Source: Epithemia pelagica (Eukaryota; Protista; Bacillariophyta). Taken from it: 64,000 bases of DNA. This document shows, one piece after another, positions 34,069 through 46,982 of this stretch. The number at the start of each line of letters is the position of its first letter. Position 1 is the stretch's first letter. Both the position numbers and the translations under genes were made by a program. The notes under the pieces were generated by a model that did no database searches, was not told where the DNA came from, and saw nothing but the letters and a program-made list of their open reading frames with translations. The DNA lies in contig OX337242.1 of the NCBI GenBank assembly GCA_946965045.2, positions 2,294,001 through 2,358,000 on the forward strand, in the 5' to 3' direction.

Positions 34069-34848
34069 TTAAGCTTCGGTCTCTGAATCCTCACCCTCTT
34101 CCGAATGATCAGAGTCGCTTCCAGGCTCAGATGGGGCAGCACAAGCAACAGAAGAAGGGGTATCACCTTCAGCCAGGTGGTTCTCGACCTCGGTACGCAA
34201 AGGGTAGATAGTTGCACGATGGTCCTCGATGGTATGGACCTCGTGGATGTAGGCAACGTAGTTATCTAGGCGTACAACGTTAGGAGGCAGAGGGCAAGTC
34301 GTCGCGTTCACGACGTAGATGGTATTGTAGTATCCAGTTGGGCGCTCGAAGGTTAGGAAGCGGAGGTGGACAGTACGGATGGGGTTGCCCGAGAGGGCGG
34401 CAAAGATGAGGCGACGCCTCGGAGAGCGGTGAAGTTGGTCGTTCAGACGGTCAATGTCTTCTTGGTCGACGATGTGGGTCACCGATTGGAACTGGCGTTC
34501 GATCTGGGTCTCCCCACGGATGATCTCGGGATCGAAGGTCGAACAAGTTGGTTGGCGGAAGTACTTGATATGATCAGCAATCAACCGGGTGGTACGACGG
34601 GATCGAGAAGGGACGAGCCGACGAGGCGGACTCGGGGGCCGAAGCAACGGCGCAGGGATCGGAGCGTGAGGCTGGGTTGGAGTCTCGAATGGGTTGCTGT
34701 TGGAACTGTCGACGGAGATGTTGACCGATGTGTTGGCTGCCTTCGGCGTCGGCACCAGTTCCTGCTGCACCAGGGTATCGGGCTGCCCGGGATGCAGGTT
34801 GGCTCGATAGATCTGTCGTACAGGAGTGATAATCTCGTTAGTATCCAT
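34069..34848 (-). CDS. Additional retrotransposon ORF upstream of gag-pol (259 aa, unknown function)
   Basis: ATG 36 nt after the 5' LTR, same strand as gag-pol, TAA stop about 320 bp before the gag ATG. Pro/Arg-rich N-half, globular-looking middle, acidic tail. Confidence 0.6.
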   Translation of the reverse strand: MDTNEIITPVRQIYRANLHPGQPDTLVQQELVPTPKAANTSVNISVDSSNSNPFETPTQPHAPIPAPLLRPPSPPRRLVPSRSRRTTRLIADHIKYFRQPTCSTFDPEIIRGETQIERQFQSVTHIVDQEDIDRLNDQLHRSPRRRLIFAALSGNPIRTVHLRFLTFERPTGYYNTIYVVNATTCPLPPNVVRLDNYVAYIHEVHTIEDHRATIYPLRTEVENHLAEGDTPSSVACAAPSEPGSDSDHSEEGEDSETEA

Positions 34849-34873
34849 GAAACCACAAGGAAATAAGCTTTGA

Positions 34874-34884
34874 GACTGTTAATC
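34874..34884 (-). promoter_or_regulatory. Non-canonical primer-binding site GATTAACAGTC
   Basis: Starts immediately after the 5' LTR CA and has no TGG. Its complement GACTGTTAATC equals positions 30-40 (anticodon arm) of tRNA-Asn(GUU) as known from yeasts. Confidence 0.7.
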
Positions 34885-35667
34885 TGTTACAATTCTTTCT
34901 GAATCGTAGGGACATTGATGCTCGGTAGAGCAGACAATCAGGTAGGTCACCAACCGATACAAGCTTCTCAGGGTCAGAGAAGCAAGCAAGTCGAAGTCTA
35001 TCAGAAGGATAGTCGGGACACAAAAGAGGATGTGATAAATGGTGATATTGTTAGATTGTGTGTTGATTACTACGATAGGTCTACGTGAAATGTTCGGTCC
35101 TGCCAAGGGTCATGTATCATAGGTTCTTGGCGGCAACAGGTTTGGAATAGTTGGAGTTGATTCATGTGATGTATATGACATGTATATGTGGGCGGATAAC
35201 ATATACAGGGTCAACAGCTCTTGCTTTGGGTTGGCATAGTTGTTTTCATGGCGCGCAGCTTGTTGACAATTTGGAGATTGTGGGAATGGAAATATGGTCT
35301 CGCGTGATCGTGTGTCGTGCTTGGGATACTTAGACCGTTGGATCGGATAGATGCCGATAGCGCTCGGATGTCGCTTGGGCGCGCTCGATGATTTCGGGCG
35401 CGTACGCTTAGGGCGTTAGTACAGTGTCCGAGCAACGGCCAAATTTACGTCCGTTGTAATACCGCACGACCCAATTTAGTCTTGAGAGTGAGTTCGTCAA
35501 TCTATTCTCACTTTTCATGATTTGCGAAGAAATATAGGTCGATATAGCGCGAAGCTAGGAAACATAGCTCGAAGCTAGAGGGCATGATGCGATAGCACGA
35601 GGCTATGTGACATGGGGAATCGATGAGATGTAGAATCTAACCACCATAGACGGTGAGAATTCTAACA
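34885..35667 (-). repeat. 5' LTR (783 bp)
   Basis: Direct repeat of 27284-28066. Confidence 0.97.
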
Positions 35668-36967
35668 TCGTCATGGTCGAGGACGACGAAAAATAGAACC
35701 AAGCAACGAGAGACATGCACTGGATACGACAATTCAGCAGCCATGCAACGCGAGGATCCCATGGTTACTGCGCACGCGCAATGTCGGAGGCAGGTCCGAG
35801 AAAACAGAAGCCATTTCACCAAACGTACTTCTGGACCCACGTTTCTGGTCTGCAGTTTGCAATCAATGGACATACAAATAGCATAAAGACAATGGGGTTT
35901 TCATTATGGCTTGCTACTACGGACGACACAAGTCATAGCTCATAACGAAAACCAATCACACAAGCCTGAACTATATTATCCAGGCGACGAGGCAACTGCA
36001 AGATCCAAATGATGATGGAGAGCACTTTTTTTCCGTCGGCGACAACAAATAGAGAACGAGAAACAGCATGTCGCACATGCACCGGATATAATAAGTACAA
36101 TCCAGCAGCCGAGCAACGCGAGCATCCCATGGTGACAGCGCAAGTCGGAGGCAGGTCCGGGAAACCATTTCCCCAAACACGAACCGGAACCACGTTTGTC
36201 TGCAGTTTCCAATCAATCTACCAGAGACATGCGCAGGGACAGTGTCCTGTGGGATAAACAGGTACAAATGGCTCCAAGAGACATTGTGGCTGTCATTATG
36301 GCTAGGGCAAATACGGACGACAAAAGTACTACCTAGCCCGAAACGAAAACCAATCACACAAGTCTGAACCATATCATCAAAGCAACGATGCCAATGCAAG
36401 ATCCCCGGAAGCTGATAGAGAGCACTTCCTTCAGTCGGATTGAAAGTCATCGATTCACCATTGCGGGGAGACAAGTTTTATCTGCACATGGATATCCCTT
36501 TCGACAACACCGGGCGTTGTCGGAGGATACAGAAAATGTGGAAAGACAACTTTTTGGCATGCCGCCGGGCGCGATTGGATAGTCGCGCTTCGTCATGGGT
36601 CGTGGTCTTGTTTCGTTTTGGTCGGTCGCGAGTGAGACCCGAACACTGCAGAGGTCACGGCACTCTCCATGCGACATGAAAGTTTGTCACAGTAATCGAC
36701 CCATTACTGACGTGTGAAGATTGGATTGGCTTATTGCAGTCGCCGTACTGTCCATTTGAAGTCGCTCCAAGATATGCGCGCGAGAAGATCTTAGAATGCA
36801 AAATCGTGACTACTCGAATCCAGCATACAGCGTTTCGTATTTTGTTTCGTTTGCTCTCAAAATTTCGAGGAGGAGGAGGGCGCCCCATTTCTGTCGTTTT
36901 ATAAATCTGAGACGGTGAGCTTTTGGAAGGAGGGTAAGAGGTCTGACTTGACAGTTCAAGCTCGACC

Positions 36968-39900
36968 ATGAGTGAGGAGAGCTACTGTGAAAAAGATTGG
37001 GGCTTGGACTACAAATGCGATTATCCATTGCCCCGAAGTGCTTACAACCGGAGTGGTCCTGTATGCAATTCTCTTGCTCAGTATCTTTATGATCCAGCGA
37101 ATTGTGACCCCGGATGGTGGTGTGGATGCTCCAGCACTATCGCTTCAGAGTGTGTGCCCTCCAACGACCGAAGCTTCACCAAGTGGGGAGGACACTTCAC
37201 GACAACGGACAGTGGAGGAAACGAGATCGTTTTGTATGGTCAGTTTAACGAGGGAGAAGGTGAATGTCCCTTGTCGTACTACTGCCCAGGAAAAAGCAAG
37301 ATTGATACCTGTGTGGATCTTTGTCCCCCCAAGTTTTACTGCCCGGATCCCGGCCAGGCCTTGGATTGCAGGGAAGACTATTACTGCCCGATTGGAAGTT
37401 TTGAAGGAAAGAAATGCATCAATATGGAAACATGTGGTTCCACTGGACTTCGCCGCTTTGAAGTTGGTCCTGCCGTGTCTGTTATGATTTTCATTCTCAT
37501 CGTGTCAGTTGCCTATCTCTTTCTCGGGCGATTTCTGGTCGTACGCAATGCGCGCCGTCGTAAGGAAGCCATGATGATTAAGCGCCAAATGACTGTAAGC
37601 GGAAAGCAGGTTGGTGGTGATGATGATGATGACGATGTCCAAGAGGGCGAAGAACAGGCCAAAGAAGTTGAAGAGGGCGAAGAGATCGAAAGCCCTGCTC
37701 CGAAAAAGGAGAGGCGCCGCTCCACGTTATCGTCTCCCGATATGACGATTGACATCGAGTGTGAACGTCTCCGTTTGACCATCCCCAAAGTGGGTACCAT
37801 CATGCGTGGAGTCTCAGGGAAATTGGAACACGGGAAGTTGACTGCTATTATGGGACCCTCTGGTGCTGGTGAGTCCGCTTTGCATATTTCATCATGCAAA
37901 TTGTTTTGTTGAAGCCCTAACTTTATCGTTCTTGCGTCAAGGTAAAACAACGTTCCTGTCTCTCATGTCGGGAAAAGTAGATCGCACGGGAGGAAAACTT
38001 CGTATTAACGGAGAGGAAGACGACCTCAGTGGTTTTAGGCGACTGATTGGCTTCGTTCCTCAAGAAGACATTGTAAGTCTCTTTTTTCGATAGAGTGGCT
38101 TCTTTTCATCGTTCCTCTGACAAAAGTGTTGTTTACGCTTCTCAATAGATGCTTCGTGAACTTACTGTTGAAGAGAACATTTACCACAGTGCCATGATGC
38201 GTCTTCCTGTTGAATGGAGCCATGAGAAGAAGAAGGAGCGTGTCGAAGAAATTCTTGAATCCCTGGAAATCGACCATGTGCGAGATACTGTAGTGGGTGA
38301 TGAAAAGAAACGAGGAATCAGTGGAGGACAACGAAAGCGTGTAAATATTGGCATGGAGTAAGTTTGTGAGAGTTTTGTTGGTAGGTCAGCCGTATACACC
38401 TTTTCCTTATTGCTCCCTGTTGTTGGTGATAACAGAATGGTGGTGCAGCCCAGTTTGCTTTGTTTGGACGAGTAAGTACATATCAGGCCTGATTCAACTT
38501 TTCTGGCTATTTTTGTAAGATCAACCTTACCTCCTCATTCTTGCAGACCGACGAGTGGTCTTGACTCCACAACATCCTTCACGGTAGTGAACTCTTTGAA
38601 AGATATGGCAAGATCTGGTGCCAATGTTATCACAGTTCTCCATCAGCCCAAGTATGAGGTATGTTGCCACTGGGACAACATTTTGCAACAGACCATTATG
38701 CTCTTACCATTCACAATGCATTCAGGTGTTTCAACTGTTCGACAATGTTCTGCTTTTGGGGCAGGGTGGTATGACCGTCTACTATGGGCCAACTTCTGGC
38801 ATGGAGGATTACTTTGCGAAGCGTGGTTTCCTTTGTCCATCATTTTCGAATCCTGCTGATTTCTACATGGATGTCCTCTCCGGCATTATCCCGCATCCTG
38901 ACAATGCGGACTGGCACAAAGAAGACCTTTTTGAAGAGTGGATGTGCGCCGACGAAAACCCAAACAAGGTGTCTCGTGAAGAGGCGAAGTCGACTATTGA
39001 CGAGATTCGTAACGAAGACGCGGAAATAAACCTAAAGAACGAGGAAACTGACCGTCAAGAAGGCCGCTTTTTCATTGGACGATTTTGTGCATTCTTGTGC
39101 AATGAGTTCAGTATGGTTTTTAAGCACATTTGGAGCAACGTCCGTCCTGACAAAACTGGTCGCAAGACTCCTGGAGCTTTATCACAAACCTATCTTTTGT
39201 TCATCCGTGCGAGTAGACAACGTCTTCGTTCTCCATTCGCCACGATTTTGAACATTTTTCTCATGTTGATAGCCGGTTCGGTTGTTACACTTTCGGCTGG
39301 TGAGGACATCAATTTCTACGCTGGTATTCCTAAGAACGTTCAGGAGGGCAACACCGGCCAAGAAGCTTACTTGCAGCAGAATGTTCAGCCAGTTGATATT
39401 GTTCCTGTTACCATGCTCACCGTTTATTTCTTTCTGCTGATGATTTCATGTCTTTCCGTGAATGTCTACGGCCCGGAACGTACGGTATTCTTCCGAGATA
39501 CGGCTGTGGGTCAGAGCGTGTTTTCGTACTGGGTTGCGAAAACCACTGATACCTTGATTTGGCTACCTATTTATACCTGCGCGTTTGTACTTTTGGGATA
39601 TCATGGAGAGGCATGGTTGATTCAACCTTTGCGGAGCTACTGGGTTTTCCTCTTTCTCGATATTGTGGGATTCTACGGTTTTGGTATGCTTGCAAGTCTC
39701 TTGGTTGGACCCTCCAGTGCTGCTTTGCTTGCTCTCGTCTTTGGTGTTGTTGTTGTGCTCCAATTCTCATGTACTGTCTCTGCGTACGGAGACGCAGACT
39801 CAGGCCGTCAAACCTTTACGAATTTTTGGTTTGTTTTCTGGAGCACTCAAGGTCTGGCTTCGAAAGAATACGATCAGTACACCTATGCCTTCAACGTGAC

Positions 39901-40192
39901 TCGTTTGAATGACGAGACACCTGATAGGTACAACAATGAATTAGGTATCGGTATACAGACAGTTGGTGGTACGTTTGAAAATCAATTCGAGAACTCGTAA
40001 GGGATTCTTCTATGCATATGTGGATTCTAACGACACTATTTGCTGTTAATTTCTTCAGCCGGAGTTGGCAAGGGTTTTGACCTAGATTCAAGCTACCCGA
40101 GAAATGCTGCCTTATGTGCCTTGACCGCATTTGCCTGGTATATCATTGTTCTTTGGACACTGAAGACAAAGGATCACAGGAAGCATCGTTAG
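36968..40192 (+). CDS. ABCG half-transporter, copy 3
   Basis: Copy 1 +23078; same exons; private E>V change (MTVSGKQ). Confidence 0.93.
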
Positions 40193-40590
40193 GAATGCGA
40201 ATTCCAAGGAGATATTGAAAGTATTCAAGTAAATGTTGCATGTTGAGAGTTGCCATTGAATGATCGATTGATTGATCATTGAAAATCAAAAAAAGAAAGT
40301 TGTGTGTCAGGTTGAAAAAGTGAGAGAGCAGTAAATATAACATGTTTTAGGAAATTGGCCTTCATGTCTACTCAGTTGTGAGTCAGTAGTAGGAAATTGG
40401 CCTTAAACTTGGTTCGTTTCCCGCTCTCTCCTAGCAGGAAGATCTCCTTAAAAAAGGAATAGCACGAAAGTATGCGGACAACTTTTCAAGTCTTCATTGG
40501 TTCCATGATGTCTTGTTCCGTCGTGGCATCGCAAGAAGTTTTCTGTTTGTCGAACGATCAGTGAAAATTTCCATTTAGTTCGGCACAATT

Positions 40591-41339
40591 CACAACAAGA
40601 AAGCAACACTACGTTGTCCACTACTGGTCCATCACCACCACAAACTCCAGCAGTACTAGAAGGTCACGACGACCAACCACCACAAGTGCTCCCTCGTATT
40701 CTTGGAGAAGAAATTCTCCACAATCATTGGAGAAAATTGATCAATCGTCGCGTGCAACTTCCAACCACCACGCAACAGCAGATTGTTAATTTTGAACTCG
40801 TCTCGCAAGGAGATCACGGGGGGACTGTCTGCGATCAAGCCGTCCTGGTCTTTGTTTGGAATCAATCCACTCAAACGGCCGTCTTGATTCGAGAATACAT
40901 GCCTTCGGTCCATGCCTTTCAATTGGGTTTGGTGGCCGGCATGGTGGAACAAAAGCATGGTGTAGCTCCTAGTACCAACGACCCGGAAGCCGCCGCCGCC
41001 GTGGCTGCCCGAGACGAATTGGAAGAAGAAGCTCGTTTGGTGGGTGGCACGTGGATTGGTTTGTGTGCACCGACTGTGGTGGACAAGTACATGACCACAC
41101 GTGTTACAGCCTACCTTGTGTTGAATCCGGAACCCGTGGCCAATCTAGACGAGGCCAAACCACGCGATGCGACCGAAGAGGGAGGCATGTTGCACGTGGT
41201 GCCCAATGTCACCGTGTCCCAATTGAAGCGGGGGTTGGTCCAAGGACACTTTACCAGTTTGGCCGGATGGGCCATTCAATTGGCCTTGTCCAAACTGCAG
41301 GAACTGGGACTCGTCATGGTCGAGGACGACGAAAAATAG
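40591..41339 (+). pseudogene. 5'-truncated Nudix copy 4
   Basis: Same junction as copy 2; frame intact to TAG. Confidence 0.85.
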
Positions 41340-42610
41340 AACCAAGCAACGAGAGACATGCACTGGATACGACAATTCAGCAGCCATGCAACGCGAGGAT
41401 CCCATGGTTACTGCGCACGCGCAATGTCGGAGGCAGGTCCGAGAAAACAGAAGCCATTTCACCAAACGTACTTCTGGACCCACGTTTCTGGTCTGCAGTT
41501 TGCAATCAATGGACATACAAATAGCATAAAGACAATGGGGTTTTCATTATGGCTTGCTACTACGGACGACACAAGTCATAGCTCATAACGAAAACCAATC
41601 ACACAAGCCTGAACTATATTATCCAGGCGACGAGGCAACTGCAAGATCCAAATGATGATGGGGAGCACTTTTTTTCCGTCGGCGACAACAAATAGAGAAC
41701 GAGAAACAGCATGTCGCACATGCACCGGATATAATAAGTACAATCCAGCAGCCGAGCAACGCGAGCATCCCATGGTGACAGCGCAAGTCGGAGGCAGGTC
41801 CGGGAAACCATTTCCCCAAACACGAACCGGAACCACGTTTGTCTGCAGTTTCCAATCAATCTACCAGAGACATGCGCAGGGACAGTGTCCTGTGGGATAA
41901 ACAGGTACAAATGGCTCCAAGAGACATTGTGGCTGTCATTATGGCTAGGGCAAATACGGACGACAAAAGTACTACCTAGCCCGAAACGAAAACCAATCAC
42001 ACAAGTCTGAACCATATCATCAAAGCAACGATGCCAATGCAAGATCCCCGGAAGCTGATAGAGAGCACTTCCTTCAGTCGGATTGAAAGTCATCGATTCA
42101 CCATTGCGGGGAGACAAGTTTTATCTGCACATGGATATCCCTTTCGACAACACCGGGCGTTGTCGGAGGATACAGAAAATGTGGAAAGACAACTTTTTGG
42201 CATGCCGCCGGGCGCGATTGGATAGTCGCGCTTCGTCATGGGTCGTGGTCTTGTTTCGTTTTGGTCGGTCGCGAGTGAGACCCGAACACTGCAGAGGTCA
42301 CGGCACTCTCCATGCGACATGAAAGTTTGTCACAGTAATCGACCCATTACTGACGTGTGAAGATTGGATTGGCTTATTGCAGTCGCCGTACTGTCCATTT
42401 GAAGTCGCTCCAAGATATGCGCGCGAGAAGATCTTAGAATGCAAAATCGTGACTACTCGAATCCAGCATACAGCGTTTCGTATTTTGTTTCGTTTGCTCT
42501 CAAAATTTCGAGGAGGAGGAGGGCGCCCCATTTCTGTCGTTTTATAAATCTGAGACGGTGAGCTTTTGGAAGGAGGGTAAGAGGTCTGACTTGACAGTTC
42601 AAGCTCGACC

Positions 42611-45600
42611 ATGAGTGAGGAGAGCTACTGTGAAAAAGATTGGGGCTTGGACTACAAATGCGATTATCCATTGCCCCGAAGTGCTTACAACCGGAGTGGT
42701 CCTGTATGCAATTCTCTTGCTCAGTATCTTTATGATCCAGCGAATTGTGACCCCGGATGGTGGTGTGGATGCTCCAGCACTATCGCTTCAGAGTGTGTGC
42801 CCTCCAACGACCGAAGCTTCACCAAGTGGGGAGGACACTTCACGACAACGGACAGTGGAGGAAACGAGATCGTTTTGTATGGTCAGTTTAACGAGGGAGA
42901 AGGTGAATGTCCCTTGTCGTACTACTGCCCAGGAAAAAGCAAGATTGATACCTGTGTGGATCTTTGTCCCCCCAAGTTTTACTGCCCGGATCCCGGCCAG
43001 GCCTTGGATTGCAGGGAAGACTATTACTGCCCGATTGGAAGTTTTGAAGGAAAGAAATGCATCAATATGGAAACATGTGGTTCCACTGGACTTCGCCGCT
43101 TTGAAGTTGGTCCTGCCGTGTCTGTTATGATTTTCATTCTCATCGTGTCAGTTGCCTATCTCTTTCTCGGGCGATTTCTGGTCGTACGCAATGCGCGCCG
43201 TCGTAAGGAAGCCATGATGATTAAGCGCCAAATGACTGAAAGCGGAAAGCAGGTTGGTGGTGATGATGATGATGACGATGTCCAAGAGGGCGAAGAACAG
43301 GCCAAAGAAGTTGAAGAGGGCGAAGAGATCGAAAGCCCTGCTCCGAAAAAGGAGAGGCGCCGCTCCACGTTATCGTCTCCCGATATGACGATTGACATCG
43401 AGTGTGAACGTCTCCGTTTGACCATCCCCAAAGTGGGTACCATCATGCGTGGAGTCTCAGGGAAATTGGAACACGGGAAGTTGACTGCTATTATGGGACC
43501 CTCTGGTGCTGGTGAGTCCGCTTTGCATATTTCATCATGCAAATTGTTTTGTTGAAGCCCTAACTTTATCGTTCTTGCGTCAAGGTAAAACAACGTTCCT
43601 GTCTCTCATGTCGGGAAAAGTAGATCGCACGGGAGGAAAACTTCGTATTAACGGAGAGGAAGACGACCTCAGTGGTTTTAGGCGACTGATTGGCTTCGTT
43701 CCTCAAGAAGACATTGTAAGTCTCTTTTTTCGATAGAGTGGCTTCTTTTCATCGTTCCTCTGACAAAAGTGTTGTTTACGCTTCTCAATAGATGCTTCGT
43801 GAACTTACTGTTGAAGAGAACATTTACCACAGTGCCATGATGCGTCTTCCTGTTGAATGGAGCCATGAGAAGAAGAAGGAGCGTGTCGAAGAAATTCTTG
43901 AATCCCTGGAAATCGACCATGTGCGAGATACTGTAGTGGGTGATGAAAAGAAACGAGGAATCAGTGGAGGACAACGAAAGCGTGTAAATATTGGCATGGA
44001 GTAAGTTTGTGAGAGTTTTGTTGGTAGGTCAGCCGTATACACCTTTTCCTTATTGCTCCCTGTTGTTGGTGATAACAGAATGGTGGTGCAGCCCAGTTTG
44101 CTTTGTTTGGACGAGTAAGTACATATCAGGCCTGATTCAACTTTTCTGGCTATTTTTGTAAGATCAACCTTACCTCCTCATTCTTGCAGACCGACGAGTG
44201 GTCTTGACTCCACAACATCCTTCACGGTAGTGAACTCTTTGAAAGATATGGCAAGATCTGGTGCCAATGTTATCACAGTTCTCCATCAGCCCAAGTATGA
44301 GGTATGTTGCCACTGGGACAACATTTTGCAACAGACCATTATGCTCTTACCATTCACAATGCATTCAGGTGTTTCAACTGTTCGACAATGTTCTGCTTTT
44401 GGGGCAGGGTGGTATGACCGTCTACTATGGGCCAACTTCTGGCATGGAGGATTACTTTGCGAAGCGTGGTTTCCTTTGTCCATCATTTTCGAATCCTGCT
44501 GATTTCTACATGGATGTCCTCTCCGGCATTATCCCGCATCCTGACAATGCGGACTGGCACAAAGAAGACCTTTTTGAAGAGTGGATGTGCGCCGACGAAA
44601 ACCCAAACAAGGTGTCTCGTGAAGAGGCGAAGTCGACTATTGACGAGATTCGTAACGAAGACGCGGAAATAAACCTAAAGAACGAGGAAACTGACCGTCA
44701 AGAAGGCCGCTTTTTCATTGGACGATTTTGTGCATTCTTGTGCAATGAGTTCAGTATGGTTTTTAAGCACATTTGGAGCAACGTCCGTCCTGACAAAACT
44801 GGTCGCAAGACTCCTGGAGCTTTATCACAAACCTATCTTTTGTTCATCCGTGCGAGTAGACAACGTCTTCGTTCTCCATTCGCCACGATTTTGAACATTT
44901 TTCTCATGTTGATAGCCGGTTCGGTTGTTACACTTTCGGCTGGTGAGGACATCAATTTCTACGCTGGTATTCCTAAGAACGTTCAGGAGGGCAACACCGG
45001 CCAAGAAGCTTACTTGCAGCAGAATGTTCAGCCAGTTGATATTGTTCCTGTTACCATGCTCACCGTTTATTTCTTTCTGCTGATGATTTCATGTCTTTCC
45101 GTGAATGTCTACGGCCCGGAACGTACGGTATTCTTCCGAGATACGGCTGTGGGTCAGAGCGTGTTTTCGTACTGGGTTGCGAAAACCACTGATACCTTGA
45201 TTTGGCTACCTATTTATACCTGCGCGTTTGTACTTTTGGGATATCATGGAGAGGCATGGTTGATTCAACCTTTGCGGAGCTACTGGGTTTTCCTCTTTCT
45301 CGATATTGTGGGATTCTACGGTTTTGGTATGCTTGCAAGTCTCTTGGTTGGACCCTCCAGTGCTGCTTTGCTTGCTCTCGTCTTTGGTGTTGTTGTTGTG
45401 CTCCAATTCTCATGTACTGTCTCTGCGTACGGAGACGCAGACTCAGGCCGTCAAACCTTTACGAATTTTTGGTTTGTTTTCTGGAGCACTCAAGGTCTGG
45501 CTTCGAAAGAATACGATCAGTACACCTATGCCTTCAACGTGACTCGTTTGAATGACGAGACACCTGATAGGTACAACAATGAATTAGGTATCGGTATACA

Positions 45601-45835
45601 GACAGTTGGTTGTACGTTTGAAAATCAATTCGAGAACTCGTAAGGGATTCTTCTATGCATATGTGGATTCTAACGACACTATTTGCTGTTAATTTCTTCA
45701 GCCGGAGTTGGCAAGGGTTTTGACCTAGATTCAAGCTACCCGAGAAATGCTGCCTTATGTGCCTTGACCGCATTTGCCTGGTATATCATTGTTCTTTGGA
45801 CACTGAAGACAAAGGATCACAGGAAGCATCGTTAG
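42611..45835 (+). CDS. ABCG half-transporter, copy 4
   Basis: Copy 1 +28721; same exons; private G>T at the last base of exon 6 (45611), with the donor GT retained. Confidence 0.93.
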
Positions 45836-46233
45836 GAATGCGAATTCCAAGGAGATATTGAAAGTATTCAAGTAAATGTTGCATGTTGAGAGTTGCCATT
45901 GAATGATCGATTGATTGATCATTGAAAATCAAAAAAAGAAAGTTGTGTGTCAGGTTGAAAAAGTGAGAGAGCAGTAAATATAACATGTTTTAGGAAATTG
46001 GCCTTCATGTCTACTCAGTTGTGAGTCAGTAGTAGGAAATTGGCCTTAAACTTGGTTCGTTTCCCGCTCTCTCCTAGCAGGAAGATCTCCTTAAAAAAGG
46101 AATAGCACGAAAGTATGCGGACAACTTTTCAAGTCTTCATTGGTTCCATGATGTCTTGTTCCGTCGTGGCATCGCAAGAAGTTTTCTGTTTGTCGAACGA
46201 TCAGTGAAAATTTCCATTTAGTTCGGCACAATT

Positions 46234-46982
46234 CACAACAAGAAAGCAACACTACGTTGTCCACTACTGGTCCATCACCACCACAAACTCCAGCAGTACT
46301 AGAAGGTCACGACGACCAACCACCACAAGTGCTCCCTCGTATTCTTGGAGAAGAAATTCTCCACAATCATTGGAGAAAATTGATCAATCGTCGCGTGCAA
46401 CTTCCAACCACCACGCAACAGCAGATTGTTAATTTTGAACTCGTCTCGCAAGGAGATCACGGGGGGACTATCTGCGATCAAGCCGTCCTGGTCTTTGTTT
46501 GGAATCAATCCACTCAAACGGCCGTCTTGATTCGAGAATACATGCCTTCGGTCCATGCCTTTCAATTGGGTTTGGTGGCCGGCATGGTGGAACAAAAGCA
46601 TGGTGTAGCTCCTAGTACCAACGACCCGGAAGCCGCCGCCGCCGTGGCTGCCCGAGACGAATTGGAAGAAGAAGCTCGTTTGGTGGGTGTCACGTGGATT
46701 GGTTTGTGTGCACCGACTGTGGTGGACAAGTACATGACCACACGTGTTACAGCCTACCTTGTGTTGAATCCGGAACCCGTGGCCAATCTAGACGAGGCCA
46801 AACCACGCGATGCGACCGAAGAGGGAGGCATGTTGCACGTGGTGCCCAATGTCACCGTGTCCCAATTGAAGCGGGGGTTGGTCCAAGGACACTTTACCAG
46901 TTTGGCCGGATGGGCCATTCAATTGGCCTTGTCCAAACTGCAGGAACTGGGACTCGTCATGGTCGAGGACGACGAAAAATAG
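46234..46982 (+). pseudogene. 5'-truncated Nudix copy 5
   Basis: Same junction; lies in the final partial unit. Confidence 0.85.

Larger units (their letters stand above)
27284..35667 (-). mobile_element. Full-length Ty1/copia LTR retrotransposon (CoDi-like), 8,384 bp
   Basis: TG...CA LTRs of 783 bp; 5-bp TSD TCGTC (27279-27283, 35668-35672) confirmed against empty sites; intact gag-pol in PR-INT-RT-RH order. Confidence 0.98.
23156..35696 (+). pseudogene. 5'-truncated Nudix copy 3, split by two transposon insertions
   Basis: Pieces 23156-23303, 26704-27283 and 35668-35696 reassemble into the copy-2 sequence once the TSDs are removed. Confidence 0.92.
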
